DNA from: a bacterium
GTDB lineage: Bacteria; Zhuqueibacterota; QNDG01
Length of the DNA: 64,000 nucleotides
Reading direction: 5' to 3'
NCBI GenBank assembly: GCA_021158245.1
Contig: JAGGVB010000058.1
Span: forward strand, 24,349-88,348
The position numbers were made by a program, and so were the translations under genes. A model generated the notes under the pieces. The model had not been told where the DNA came from, ran no database searches, and saw only the letters and a list, made by a program, of their open reading frames with translations. Positions 48,857 through 58,443 of this stretch are shown one piece after another (positions within the stretch are counted from its first letter, which is position 1; every line of letters begins with the position of its first letter).

Positions 48857-51199
48857 ATGATGAAAAACGATGACGACTTTCTTAAAGAGCTTTTATCTAT
48901 GTTTAAGGTGGAGGCAGAAGAACATCTGAAAATTATATCTTCAGGCCTTATAGATCTTGAGAAAGCATCAGACGGTGACAGACTTGAAATTTTAGAAATA
49001 ATTTACAGGGAAGCGCACAGTTTAAAAGGTGCAGCAAGAGCTGTAAATCTTATCAAAGTAGAACATTTATGCCAGGCTCTTGAAAGTATTTTTGCTTTAT
49101 TTAAAAGCGGGGAACTTAATCCGTCAAGAGAAATATTTGATGTACTGCTTGATGCTGTTGATGTTGTATCAGATGCGGTTGATTCTCCTGATTCTACTGA
49201 TATTAATAATATTTACAACAAACTTGAGCGCATTGAAAACATGAGCGTGAAAACTGTATCAGAAAGTGAAGTCAAAAAAAATATTAAAAAGCAGGCAACA
49301 AATAAAAGGAAACCAGTTACTGTTAAAAAGAAAGAAACCGGTAGTAAAAAAGTAACTGAATCTCATAAAAAAGAAGATGTACCAGAAATAAAAGATGACA
49401 TAAAAAATGTTAAAAGAGTGGATACCAAACCAATTGTCACAGATACAATACGTATCCCCACGTCAAGAATGGATTCTATCCTTCTTCAGGTTGAAGAAAT
49501 GGTTTCTACCAAGCTTGGGACGGAGCAGGTTACAACTGATCTCAAAGAGGTCCTTATTACAATGGACATCTGGAGAAAGGAATGGGAAAAAGTATATTCT
49601 TCAATAAGAAGAGGGCCGTCAGGCAGATTGGAAATTCTAGATAAAAATTCGAGCGAAGCTGAAGCAGAGTTTTTTAATTGGAATTTTCATCAATTGAGAG
49701 ATGTTGATGACAAGCTTAACTATGTTTATAAACTTGCAGAAATAAATTTCCGTCAATTAAGCGGAATGATTGACAATCTTCTCGAAGATATGAAAACCAT
49801 ATTAATGCTGCCGTTTTCAACACTTTTAAAGTTGGTTCCGAAAGTGGTCAGGGATATCAGCCGGGATCAGGATAAGGATGTTGAGCTTGTTATGCGCGGC
49901 AGTACTACGGAAGTTGACAGAAGAATACTTGAAGAGATAAAAGACCCTCTCATCCATCTTTTAAGGAACTGTATTGATCATGGTATTGAAAAACCAGAGG
50001 AAAGAAAAAAAACAGGGAAGCCGGAACAGGGGATAATATCCATATCAATTTCTCAGATTGAAGGCGATAAAATTGAAATAGTGGTGGAAGACGACGGCGC
50101 AGGGATTAATCCTGAAAAAGTTAAGAAAACTGCTGTTCAAAGAGGGATAATAAGTGAGCAGGAAGCCAGGCATCTGAGTGAGAAAGAAGCTATTTCTCTT
50201 ATTTTTGAATCAGATCTCTCTACCAGCCCGATAATTACTGATATCTCAGGAAGAGGCCTCGGGCTTGCGATAGTACGTGAAAAAGTAGAAAAATTGGGCG
50301 GCTTGATTCAATTAGAGACAGAGACTGGTAAAAGGACACGCTTTCGTATTGTGATACCTGTTACACTTGCTACTTTTCGGGGTACCCTGATAGAGGCCGG
50401 AGGGAATAGTTTTGTTGTGCCGACTGTAAATGTGGAACGTGCAATGAGGCTGCCGGTTAAAAAAATAAAAACAGTTGAGAATAAAAGAGTAGTAACAATT
50501 CACAATAAAATGATTTCTTTAATCCACTTGAGCGATGTGCTTGGGTTGAGGCGTGATGTCGGAACTGCAGCACAATCAGATATGCTGCAGTTTGTTATAA
50601 TCAGATCTGCAAATAAAATGGTTGCACTCGGAGTGGATTCAGTAGTCAATGAACAGGAGTTTTTAGTTAAAGGCCTCGGAAAACAGATAATTCGTGTAAA
50701 AAATATTGCAGGAGCAACGATTCTTGGATCGGGAAAGGTGGTGCCTATTCTTAATGTCCCGGATATTATCAAATCCGCAGAAAAAGTAATATCTTCCCCC
50801 CTGCAGGAGGTATCAATGCAAAAAAAACAGGAAGAAAAGAAGTCTATACTTATTGCAGAAGATTCAATAACATCACGAACGCTGCTTAAAAATATTCTTG
50901 AATCAGCAGGATATTCTGTTAAAGCAACTGTTGACGGTGCTGATGCTTTTTCAGCTTTGCGAAGCGGCAGGTATGACCTTGTAGTCTCTGATGTGGAAAT
51001 GCCGAGAATGAACGGTTTTGAACTTGTGTCAAATATCAGGAAAAACAGATCAACAACAGACACTCCTGTGATTCTTGTAACAGGGCTTGAGTCCAAGGAA
51101 GACAGGGAGAGAGGTATTGAAGTAGGAGCTAACGCCTACATTGTAAAAAGAAGTTTTGATCAGAGTAATTTACTTGATGTTATAAGTAAGCTAATTTAG
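48857..51199 (+). CDS. cheA: Hybrid CheA histidine kinase with C-terminal receiver (HPt-P3-HATPase-CheW-REC; WspE/FrzE-like)
   Basis: HPt (YREAHSLKGAARAV), N box LLRNCIDHGIE, G1 DDGAGIN, G2 GRGLGLAIV, CheW-like P5, then a REC domain (ILIAEDS...VVSDVEMPRMNGFEL...LVTG). Confidence 0.9.
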   Translation: MMKNDDDFLKELLSMFKVEAEEHLKIISSGLIDLEKASDGDRLEILEIIYREAHSLKGAARAVNLIKVEHLCQALESIFALFKSGELNPSREIFDVLLDAVDVVSDAVDSPDSTDINNIYNKLERIENMSVKTVSESEVKKNIKKQATNKRKPVTVKKKETGSKKVTESHKKEDVPEIKDDIKNVKRVDTKPIVTDTIRIPTSRMDSILLQVEEMVSTKLGTEQVTTDLKEVLITMDIWRKEWEKVYSSIRRGPSGRLEILDKNSSEAEAEFFNWNFHQLRDVDDKLNYVYKLAEINFRQLSGMIDNLLEDMKTILMLPFSTLLKLVPKVVRDISRDQDKDVELVMRGSTTEVDRRILEEIKDPLIHLLRNCIDHGIEKPEERKKTGKPEQGIISISISQIEGDKIEIVVEDDGAGINPEKVKKTAVQRGIISEQEARHLSEKEAISLIFESDLSTSPIITDISGRGLGLAIVREKVEKLGGLIQLETETGKRTRFRIVIPVTLATFRGTLIEAGGNSFVVPTVNVERAMRLPVKKIKTVENKRVVTIHNKMISLIHLSDVLGLRRDVGTAAQSDMLQFVIIRSANKMVALGVDSVVNEQEFLVKGLGKQIIRVKNIAGATILGSGKVVPILNVPDIIKSAEKVISSPLQEVSMQKKQEEKKSILIAEDSITSRTLLKNILESAGYSVKATVDGADAFSALRSGRYDLVVSDVEMPRMNGFELVSNIRKNRSTTDTPVILVTGLESKEDRERGIEVGANAYIVKRSFDQSNLLDVISKLI

Positions 51200-51214
51200 G
51201 GAAGATAAAAACCT

Positions 51215-52327
51215 ATGATTAAAGTTCTTGTCACAGAAGATTCCTCTGTTATAAGAAGTTATCTCGAACATGTACTCAACAATGATCCTGAACTGACTGT
51301 TGTGGGAACTGCATGTAACGGGCTTGAAGCAGTTGAAAAGGCTGCTGAATTAAAGCCTGATGTTATTACAATGGATATTCACATGCCGGGAATGGACGGA
51401 TTTGAAGCTACAAGAAAAATTATGGAAACAAATCCTGTCCCGATTGTTATATGCAGTGCAAGCTGGGATCCCACTGAAGTTAGTAAAACTTTTCGGTCAA
51501 TGGAAGCGGGAGCAGTTGCAGCCCTGGAAAAACCGAGAGGATTTTCTCATACTGACAGTGACGATTCCCTGCGTCAGCTTATAGATACCGTAAAAGCAAT
51601 GTCAAGTGTCAAAGTCGTAAGGAGATGGGCACGTTTAAGAAAGAAAGAAACGGTTATTACTTCGCATCATGTGCATACAGGGCATAAAAAAAGAAGCGGG
51701 CGGAAAACTTACAAAATAGTTGCCGTGGGATCTTCAACAGGTGGGCCTCTTGCACTTCAGAGTTTGCTTTCAAACATAGACAGAGACTTTCCTGTCCCAA
51801 TAGTAATTGTTCAGCACATTGCACCGGGGTTTCTTACAGGGCTTGCAGACTGGCTTGGAAAGACAACAAAGTACGATGTGAAAATAGCTGAAAATAATGA
51901 AAATATTTTACCTCGGAAAGCATATCTTGCTCCTGACAGATTTCATATGCTGATAACAAAAGATTTTAAAGTAAAGCTGATAAGCGGAGAAAGCAGAGAT
52001 CGGCTTTGCCCGTCAGTAGCTCATTTGTTTAAATCTATAGGAGATGAATTCGGAATGTCAGGTGTAGGTGTTTTATTAACCGGGATGGGTAGAGACGGAG
52101 CTGCAGAATTAAAAGAAATGCATGATAAGGGGGCCCTTACCTTTGCACAGGACGAGGATAGCTGTATTGTATTCGGAATGCCGGGTGAAGCTGTAGCTCT
52201 CGGCGCAGCTGACAAGGTGCTTCCGTGCCCGGATATAGCTGAAGAACTTAATAAAATGTTGATAGATAATGATGCGGAATTCAGGGATAAAGAGAAAAAA
52301 AGAGTTATAACTCATACTAATCAGTGA
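51215..52327 (+). CDS. cheB: Chemotaxis methylesterase CheB (REC + methylesterase)
   Basis: REC (VLVTEDS...ITMDIHMPGMDG) and CheB catalytic domain (VAVGSSTGGP, GMGRDGA, catalytic H in VQHIAPGF). Confidence 0.9.
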   Translation: MIKVLVTEDSSVIRSYLEHVLNNDPELTVVGTACNGLEAVEKAAELKPDVITMDIHMPGMDGFEATRKIMETNPVPIVICSASWDPTEVSKTFRSMEAGAVAALEKPRGFSHTDSDDSLRQLIDTVKAMSSVKVVRRWARLRKKETVITSHHVHTGHKKRSGRKTYKIVAVGSSTGGPLALQSLLSNIDRDFPVPIVIVQHIAPGFLTGLADWLGKTTKYDVKIAENNENILPRKAYLAPDRFHMLITKDFKVKLISGESRDRLCPSVAHLFKSIGDEFGMSGVGVLLTGMGRDGAAELKEMHDKGALTFAQDEDSCIVFGMPGEAVALGAADKVLPCPDIAEELNKMLIDNDAEFRDKEKKRVITHTNQ

Positions 52328-52336
52328 GAAAATATT

Positions 52337-55300
52337 ATGTCAATGCAAGATTTAAGACCAATTGAAGCCGATATTGAAATATTAGTTGTGGAAGACAGTC
52401 CGACTCAGGCAATGCATTTAAAATACATACTTGAGCGGAGAAATTATACGGTACATATGGCAACGAACGGCAAGGATGCCCTTGAAATGATGCGGAAACG
52501 TAAACCGACTATCGTGATAAGTGACATTCTGATGCCTGAAATGGACGGGTACGAATTCTGCCGCCAGATACGTGCCGATGAACAGCTGCAATATGTCCCT
52601 GTAATCTTGTTAACACAACTTTTTGATCCGAGAGATGTGATAAGAGGTCTGCTCAGCGGAGCTGACAATTTTGTTACAAAACCCTACAGTGAACAATTCC
52701 TTGTTTCCAGAATTCAGTACATACTTGCAAATCAGGAACTTAGAAAGAACTCAATTACTGAAATGGGTATAGAAATTATTTTTGCAGGGCAGAAACATTT
52801 TATAACTTCCGACAGAATGCAGATTCTGGATCTTCTGTTTTCAACTTTTGAGAATGCTGTACAGAGAAATCAGGAACTTGAAGAGACTAATAAAGAATTG
52901 AGAAGAGCAATAGAGACAATAGAGACAATCAATGAAGTAACAGGCAAGTTGAACAGGATGCTTATGCCGGAAGATGTTGCACGTGCAATCGGAGACGGTG
53001 TCAAAAAACTCATTGACTATGATGAGTGTATTGTATATTCGATTGATGAAAGTAAAAAATATCTTATCCCGATATTTGCAGGCCAGAGACAGGGAGAGAA
53101 AAACAGCGATAAAGTTAAAAAGTTAAAAATCGGAGAAGGGATTGTGGGCCTTGTCTATTCCCGTGGAAAACCTGAAATGGTGGGGGATATAACAAAGCAC
53201 CCCAAGGCCAGGTATCTGAAGAACAAAAATGTCCCGACATATTCCGTTCTTGCAGTACCTATGCAGTATGAAAACGAGACAATGGGAGTTATAGCACTGC
53301 TTAAAACAGGGCTGCATCAGTTCAGTGAATCCCACATGCGTACTCTTTTAATTCTTGCAGGACAGGCTGGAGTTGCAATGGAGAATGCCCGGCTCCTGCA
53401 GGAAGAGAAGAGGAGGATAAGACAGCTTTCTCTGATTAATGAGATTTCACGAAAAATGGTGTCAACTCTTGACGTGGAAGAACTAAGCGTTTATGTTGTA
53501 GAGTCAATTCAAAATGAATTCAAAGAGGATACAATACTGCTTCTCGTTAAAGATGAAGATGAGAATAAACTGGTAATTGGAGCTCATGCGGGTATTGAAA
53601 GTAAAAAATTCCATGACGGCTGGATTTTGGAAAAAGACTCCTCTGCTGTATGGAAGGCTGCAAAATCCGGTGAAGTTGTTACTGTAAATGATATTAAGAA
53701 AATAAAGGATCTGCAGCCGCTAATTGCAGGTATTCGTTCGGAAATAGCAGCCCCTATTAAGAAAGGGGATAAACTGCTTGGAGTTCTGCACATAATGAGT
53801 AAAAAGAGTGATTCGTTTAATGAAAAGGATTCCGCTTTAATGAAAATGCTTGCGGATCAGATTGCAATGGCACTTGAGAATGCAAGATTATATGAAAGCG
53901 AAAGAAAAACAAGTGAACTTGCACAGCAGGCTAACAGAGCAAAAAGTGAATTTCTTGCCAATATGAGTCATGAGATCAGGACTCCTATGAACAGCATTAT
54001 AGGATTCTCCGATCTGCTGCTTCAGGAGAATCTGCCCGAAGAATTGGTCGATTTCGCAAAGACTATCAAGCTTAACGGTGAAAGCCTTCTGGAAATTATT
54101 AACCAGATTCTTGATCTGGCAAAGGTCGAAACAGGGCGTATGGAAGTGGATGTTGTGGAGTGTAATTTATCCGAACTTGTTGAAAATGTTTCACAGCTGC
54201 TCAGGCCGAGAGTTCTTGACAAAGGGCTTAAGTTTAAAGTTTCGACTGAACCTGAACATCTTCCGTATATTGAAAGCGACAGTCTTAAGATTCGTCAGAT
54301 TATGGTTAATCTCCTCGGCAATTCGGTCAAATTTACTGAAGACGGGGAGATAGGGTTTAGTGTAAATGTACGGAAACAGAAGAATGCCAGAGGTATGCTG
54401 GAAGTACATGTATCAGATACCGGTATTGGAATAGCCCCGAACAAACATCAAGCTATATTTGAATCGTTCACTCAGGCTGATGCGTCAATGACACGCCGGT
54501 TTGGGGGAACAGGCCTTGGCCTATCATTGAGCAAGCAGATGGTTGAACTGTTAGGCGGCAAAATCTGGTTTGAATCTGACCTCGGAAAAGGGACTACATT
54601 CCACTTTAGCGTGCCTGTAAGGATAATTTCGGAAAAAGTCGGAGTTCCTGTTAAAAAAGTGCAGAAGGCACAAATAAAAGCTGTAGGTGCCGGAAAAGGA
54701 AAAACAAAGCAGATAAGTATACAGACAAAAAAGAAGCGTAAAGAGCCGCTTGTGCTTTTAATAGAAGATAACGGCAGTGCAATGGAACTGCTTCAGAGAT
54801 ATCTTAAACGTGACGGCTATGAAGTGCAGTGCAGTACAACAGGTGATGATGGAATTCTTAAGGCAAAATTCTACAGGCCTGATGCTATTATTCTGGAAAT
54901 TTTATTACCTGGAAAGATGGACGGGTGGGAAGTGCTTAGAAATCTTAAATCAAGTACTTTAACCAAAGATATTCCGGTCATAGTATGTTCCGTACTTTCA
55001 AACCAGAAAAAGGCGTACAGCCTTGGTGCAGTGGAGTATATTGAAAAGCCTGCACAGGAGAAGGCCCTTCTTGATACTTTACACAAGTCCATAGGGCTGA
55101 GTGATAAGAAAAATAAGGAAGTCCTTGTTGTAGATGATGACAAATCCGTACACGTGCTTTTCGGCAAACTTCTTAAAAGCATGGGTGTAATTGTGAAGAA
55201 TTTTGAGAATGGGAATGATGTAGTAAAGTATCTTGAAAGCCCGCATCCTATTGCACTTGTAATACTGGATCTTTTAATGCCTGGTGTAGACGGGTTTGAG

Positions 55301-56224
55301 GTTCTTAAAAAGATCAAATCTTCAGAAAAGACAAAAGATATACCAGTTGTTATTTATACAGGTAAAAAACTTACTTCAAGAGACAGATCCCGGCTTAATG
55401 AAAATTATGCACTTCTTTTACAGAAAACAAGTGAAACGCCTGAAACACTGTTAAATCAGCTTAATAATCTTGTTATGCCGTCTCTCAGAGAGGCAATTGA
55501 TAAAGCAATGCAGGAAGAGGAAGAGGCTGTAAGAATTCTTCTTGCAGAGGACGATCCTTCGGGGCAGAAACTAATGCGGCTTCTTTTAAGTCAGTTGGGA
55601 TATGCTGTAGACCTTGCAGGTACAGGCCAGCAGGTTCTTGATATGCTTAAAAAGAAAGATTATGATATTGTGCTTATGGATATGGAAATGCCTGTAATGG
55701 ATGGCTTTACTGCAACGCGCAAGCTTAGAAGTATGGAGAAATACAAGGATATGCCGATAATTGCGCTTACTGCACATGCAATGAAGGAACACAAGAAAAA
55801 GACACTTGAGGCAGGATGTACGGATTATCTGTCAAAACCTATAAATCGCGACAAATTGCAGGATATCCTCAATAAATACCTTGCAGACCCCGGCGTACCG
55901 GAGGAAAAAGAATCAAAAACGGAACAGACAAATTTGATTGCAGATGACCCACTTATGGCTGAACTAAGAGAATTCTTCATTGATGACCTGTCTAAAAAGA
56001 TAAAGAAATTTAATGAGGATATGGAAAAGAAGGATATTGATGAAGTTATAAGATTCGGCCATTCTCTTAAAGGCACAGCAGGATCATACGGATTCCCTGT
56101 TTTTTCCAAACTTGGTGCTCAGATAGAAGATTACGGCCGTGAAGGCAAGTGGGATGAAATAGCATCTCTGCAAATTGCTATTGTAAAAGAGTATAAACTG
56201 CTTGGAGTTAATGATGAAGCCTGA
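52337..56224 (+). CDS. Giant hybrid sensor kinase: REC-coiled coil-GAF-GAF-HisKA-HATPase-REC-REC-REC-HPt
   Basis: REC1 (ILVVEDS...[12 protein letters not shown]); two GAF-like modules; H box [18 protein letters not shown]; G2 box [24 protein letters not shown]. Three further REC domains (LLIEDN...[12 protein letters not shown]; LVVDDD...[11 protein letters not shown]; LLAEDD...[11 protein letters not shown]) and a C-terminal HPt ([14 protein letters not shown]). Confidence 0.85.
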   Translation: MSMQDLRPIEADIEILVVEDSPTQAMHLKYILERRNYTVHMATNGKDALEMMRKRKPTIVISDILMPEMDGYEFCRQIRADEQLQYVPVILLTQLFDPRDVIRGLLSGADNFVTKPYSEQFLVSRIQYILANQELRKNSITEMGIEIIFAGQKHFITSDRMQILDLLFSTFENAVQRNQELEETNKELRRAIETIETINEVTGKLNRMLMPEDVARAIGDGVKKLIDYDECIVYSIDESKKYLIPIFAGQRQGEKNSDKVKKLKIGEGIVGLVYSRGKPEMVGDITKHPKARYLKNKNVPTYSVLAVPMQYENETMGVIALLKTGLHQFSESHMRTLLILAGQAGVAMENARLLQEEKRRIRQLSLINEISRKMVSTLDVEELSVYVVESIQNEFKEDTILLLVKDEDENKLVIGAHAGIESKKFHDGWILEKDSSAVWKAAKSGEVVTVNDIKKIKDLQPLIAGIRSEIAAPIKKGDKLLGVLHIMSKKSDSFNEKDSALMKMLADQIAMALENARLYESERKTSELAQQANRAKSEFLANMSHEIRTPMNSIIGFSDLLLQENLPEELVDFAKTIKLNGESLLEIINQILDLAKVETGRMEVDVVECNLSELVENVSQLLRPRVLDKGLKFKVSTEPEHLPYIESDSLKIRQIMVNLLGNSVKFTEDGEIGFSVNVRKQKNARGMLEVHVSDTGIGIAPNKHQAIFESFTQADASMTRRFGGTGLGLSLSKQMVELLGGKIWFESDLGKGTTFHFSVPVRIISEKVGVPVKKVQKAQIKAVGAGKGKTKQISIQTKKKRKEPLVLLIEDNGSAMELLQRYLKRDGYEVQCSTTGDDGILKAKFYRPDAIILEILLPGKMDGWEVLRNLKSSTLTKDIPVIVCSVLSNQKKAYSLGAVEYIEKPAQEKALLDTLHKSIGLSDKKNKEVLVVDDDKSVHVLFGKLLKSMGVIVKNFENGNDVVKYLESPHPIALVILDLLMPGVDGFEVLKKIKSSEKTKDIPVVIYTGKKLTSRDRSRLNENYALLLQKTSETPETLLNQLNNLVMPSLREAIDKAMQEEEEAVRILLAEDDPSGQKLMRLLLSQLGYAVDLAGTGQQVLDMLKKKDYDIVLMDMEMPVMDGFTATRKLRSMEKYKDMPIIALTAHAMKEHKKKTLEAGCTDYLSKPINRDKLQDILNKYLADPGVPEEKESKTEQTNLIADDPLMAELREFFIDDLSKKIKKFNEDMEKKDIDEVIRFGHSLKGTAGSYGFPVFSKLGAQIEDYGREGKWDEIASLQIAIVKEYKLLGVNDEA

Positions 56225-57347
56225 GAATATGACTATTTTAACTGTTGATGATACACCGGCCAATATTCGTCTTTTAACTCATTATCTTGAGAAAGAGGGC
56301 TATAATGTACTTACAGCAGAAGACGGATTTGAAGGATTCAAATCTGCTATTAAGTACCATCCCGATCTTGTGCTGCTCGATGTTATGATGCCCGGAACTG
56401 ACGGATACGAAGTTTGCGAGCTTTTAAAAGCCGAAGAGACAACAAAAGATATACCTATTGTTTTTTTAACGGCAAAAACAGATGTTGAAGACAGACTCCA
56501 CGGTTTTGAATTGGGAGCTAAAGATTTTATAACAAAGCCTTTTAATCTTTCCGAAATTTCTACGAGAATAAAGACACAATTAGAACTTACCTATCTTAAA
56601 ATCCAGAATGAGCATTTGTCAGAAGCTCTTTTTTCCTCCCAGAGAGCTGCAGGGTCAGGTTATATTGGTTTAAAACTTTCAACTCAGATAAAATCTTTTT
56701 TGGATATGCTTCACAGCAGGTTAAAGAGAATTCAGGAAAAAGCTGATCCTGACAGCGCAGTTCAACAGGCTGCTTCAATTGCTGTTGAACTTGAGTCACG
56801 TATTAAATTATTAGTGGAAACATGGTATGATTTTGCCGATGAAAAGCCCGAAATTCCCAGAGTTTTTAATCTGGTTCCTCTATTAATAGATATTGTTGAG
56901 CTCATAGAATTCAATGTAGAAGGAATATCTGTCAAGTATTCTGTCCCGGAAGAGCCTGTGATGATTGAAAGCAGGTATTCGTTAATTCAGCAGGCCATGA
57001 TTGCATTACTTGTAAATCTGTCGGCAGAAGTAAAATATCAGGGCGGGATAGAGATTTCGAGCAGTATGGGCCGGCTTCCGAAAAGGTTTGAAAATCAGCT
57101 AAAGGAAAAGCCTGAGAGCGAATATCTGCATATCAGTATCCAGTGTGAATGCAAATGGGGAACTGATGATATACCTTCGGTAGAGTTAGAAAATTTTTAT
57201 TTCTCCAAAAATCATCCTGATGCTGCATTTGGCCTGACTGTGGCATCTGCGTTTGTTACAAGATATCAGGGAATTGCAGCAATTGAGCAGGGCAATAGTA
57301 ATGGAGTTATGATTTCTCTGTACATTCCTGCAAATAGCGCAGCATGA
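56202..57347 (+). CDS. Response-regulator receiver fused to a divergent histidine-kinase-like C-terminal domain
   Basis: Canonical REC (ILTVDDT...[12 protein letters not shown]...FLTAKTD...ITKPF), then about 250 aa with an H-box-like [13 protein letters not shown] and a degenerate HATPase-like tail ([33 protein letters not shown]). 23-nt overlap with the upstream gene; the exact start is uncertain (three Met within 10 codons). Confidence 0.55.
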   Translation: MELMMKPENMTILTVDDTPANIRLLTHYLEKEGYNVLTAEDGFEGFKSAIKYHPDLVLLDVMMPGTDGYEVCELLKAEETTKDIPIVFLTAKTDVEDRLHGFELGAKDFITKPFNLSEISTRIKTQLELTYLKIQNEHLSEALFSSQRAAGSGYIGLKLSTQIKSFLDMLHSRLKRIQEKADPDSAVQQAASIAVELESRIKLLVETWYDFADEKPEIPRVFNLVPLLIDIVELIEFNVEGISVKYSVPEEPVMIESRYSLIQQAMIALLVNLSAEVKYQGGIEISSSMGRLPKRFENQLKEKPESEYLHISIQCECKWGTDDIPSVELENFYFSKNHPDAAFGLTVASAFVTRYQGIAAIEQGNSNGVMISLYIPANSAA

Positions 57348-57507
57348 TGAGGGATGGATTTTAATGATGAATAAGTAATGTATTGAGAGGCTGTCACTTC
57401 CGAAGAAGCCTGAATCACAATAACATGATTATTGAATCCATGGAAACAAAATCTCATTATCGTAAGATTTGAATGCAAACATACGAGGCCAGGGAGGAAG
57501 TTTGAGC

Positions 57508-58293
57508 ATGAGTAAGTTGTTAGTATTTGATTTTGACGGAGTTATATGCAACTCATATCACGATTCATTAATGACCTCAATCAATACATACATAGAACTC
57601 GTTTCTGAGCATGACTTACCTGTATCTTCGAAACTATCGGAAAAATCAGTATTTGAGTTTGAAGAAAGGGAAAAAGAATTCTGCAGAATGTTCAGGGAAT
57701 TAATGCCTCTCGGGAATTTTGCTCATGATTATTATGTAATATTAAGGATTGTTGAGCAAAACGTTTTTAACACAATTAAAACCCAGGAAGACTTTGATAA
57801 ATTTAAAAAGTCGTGTTCGCCGGATATAATTGACAGTTATCAAAAAAGATTTTATAAGGTCAGGTACGATATGCAGACAAATGATCCGGAAGCGTGGGTT
57901 GGAATTTTGCCTGCTTTTACAGGCGTGATTCCTGCTGTAACGAAGCTGTCAGAAAAATACACTCTTGCAATAGCAACATCAAAAGATGTCAGGTCTGTAG
58001 AAATTCTGCTGAAAGAGTATGACCTGATAAACTATTTTGAACATGAAAATATCCTTGATAAAGATTATGCCCGTTCAAAAAGGGAACACCTTGTAACATT
58101 TTCAAAGAAGCATGCTGTTGATTTTTCCGATATGAGTTTTATAGACGACAAGGTACTTCATCTTGTTTCAGTAAGAGATCTGGGCGTGAATCTTTTTCTG
58201 GCAACCTGGGGATTTAATACCGAACGGGAGTATGATATTGCCAGGGCAAATGGCTGCCGTTTATTGAAGCTTGATGAGCTGAACACTCTTTAA
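57508..58293 (+). CDS. HAD-superfamily hydrolase
   Basis: Motif I LVFDFDGVI at the N-terminus. Start placed at ATG 57508, 7 nt after a GGGAGG SD (the track start at 57469 lacks an SD). Confidence 0.6.
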   Translation: MSKLLVFDFDGVICNSYHDSLMTSINTYIELVSEHDLPVSSKLSEKSVFEFEEREKEFCRMFRELMPLGNFAHDYYVILRIVEQNVFNTIKTQEDFDKFKKSCSPDIIDSYQKRFYKVRYDMQTNDPEAWVGILPAFTGVIPAVTKLSEKYTLAIATSKDVRSVEILLKEYDLINYFEHENILDKDYARSKREHLVTFSKKHAVDFSDMSFIDDKVLHLVSVRDLGVNLFLATWGFNTEREYDIARANGCRLLKLDELNTL

Positions 58294-58351
58294 TGATAAT
58301 GATTTGTGAATTAACCTTTATTATTCAGGAATAAAACCCCTTCCTCATGTT

Positions 58352-58390
58352 ATTCCCGCATGCTCCTGGCGGGAATCCACCTTTTTCTTG
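58352..58390 (+). terminator. Intrinsic terminator after the HAD gene
   Basis: ATTCCCGC-ATGCTCCTG-GCGGGAAT followed by CCACCTTTTTCTTG. Confidence 0.5.
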
Positions 58391-58443
58391 TACTTTTTAG
58401 ATTTGTGAATAATGCAAGTTAGAATAATAAGTAGAATATTTCT

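Noticed and set aside
50500-51096. 198-aa antisense ORF inside cheA, and similar antisense ORFs inside the hybrid kinase (54871-55317, 55825-56109)
   Set aside because: Opposite strand of strongly supported multi-domain genes; no motifs; typical shadow ORFs.
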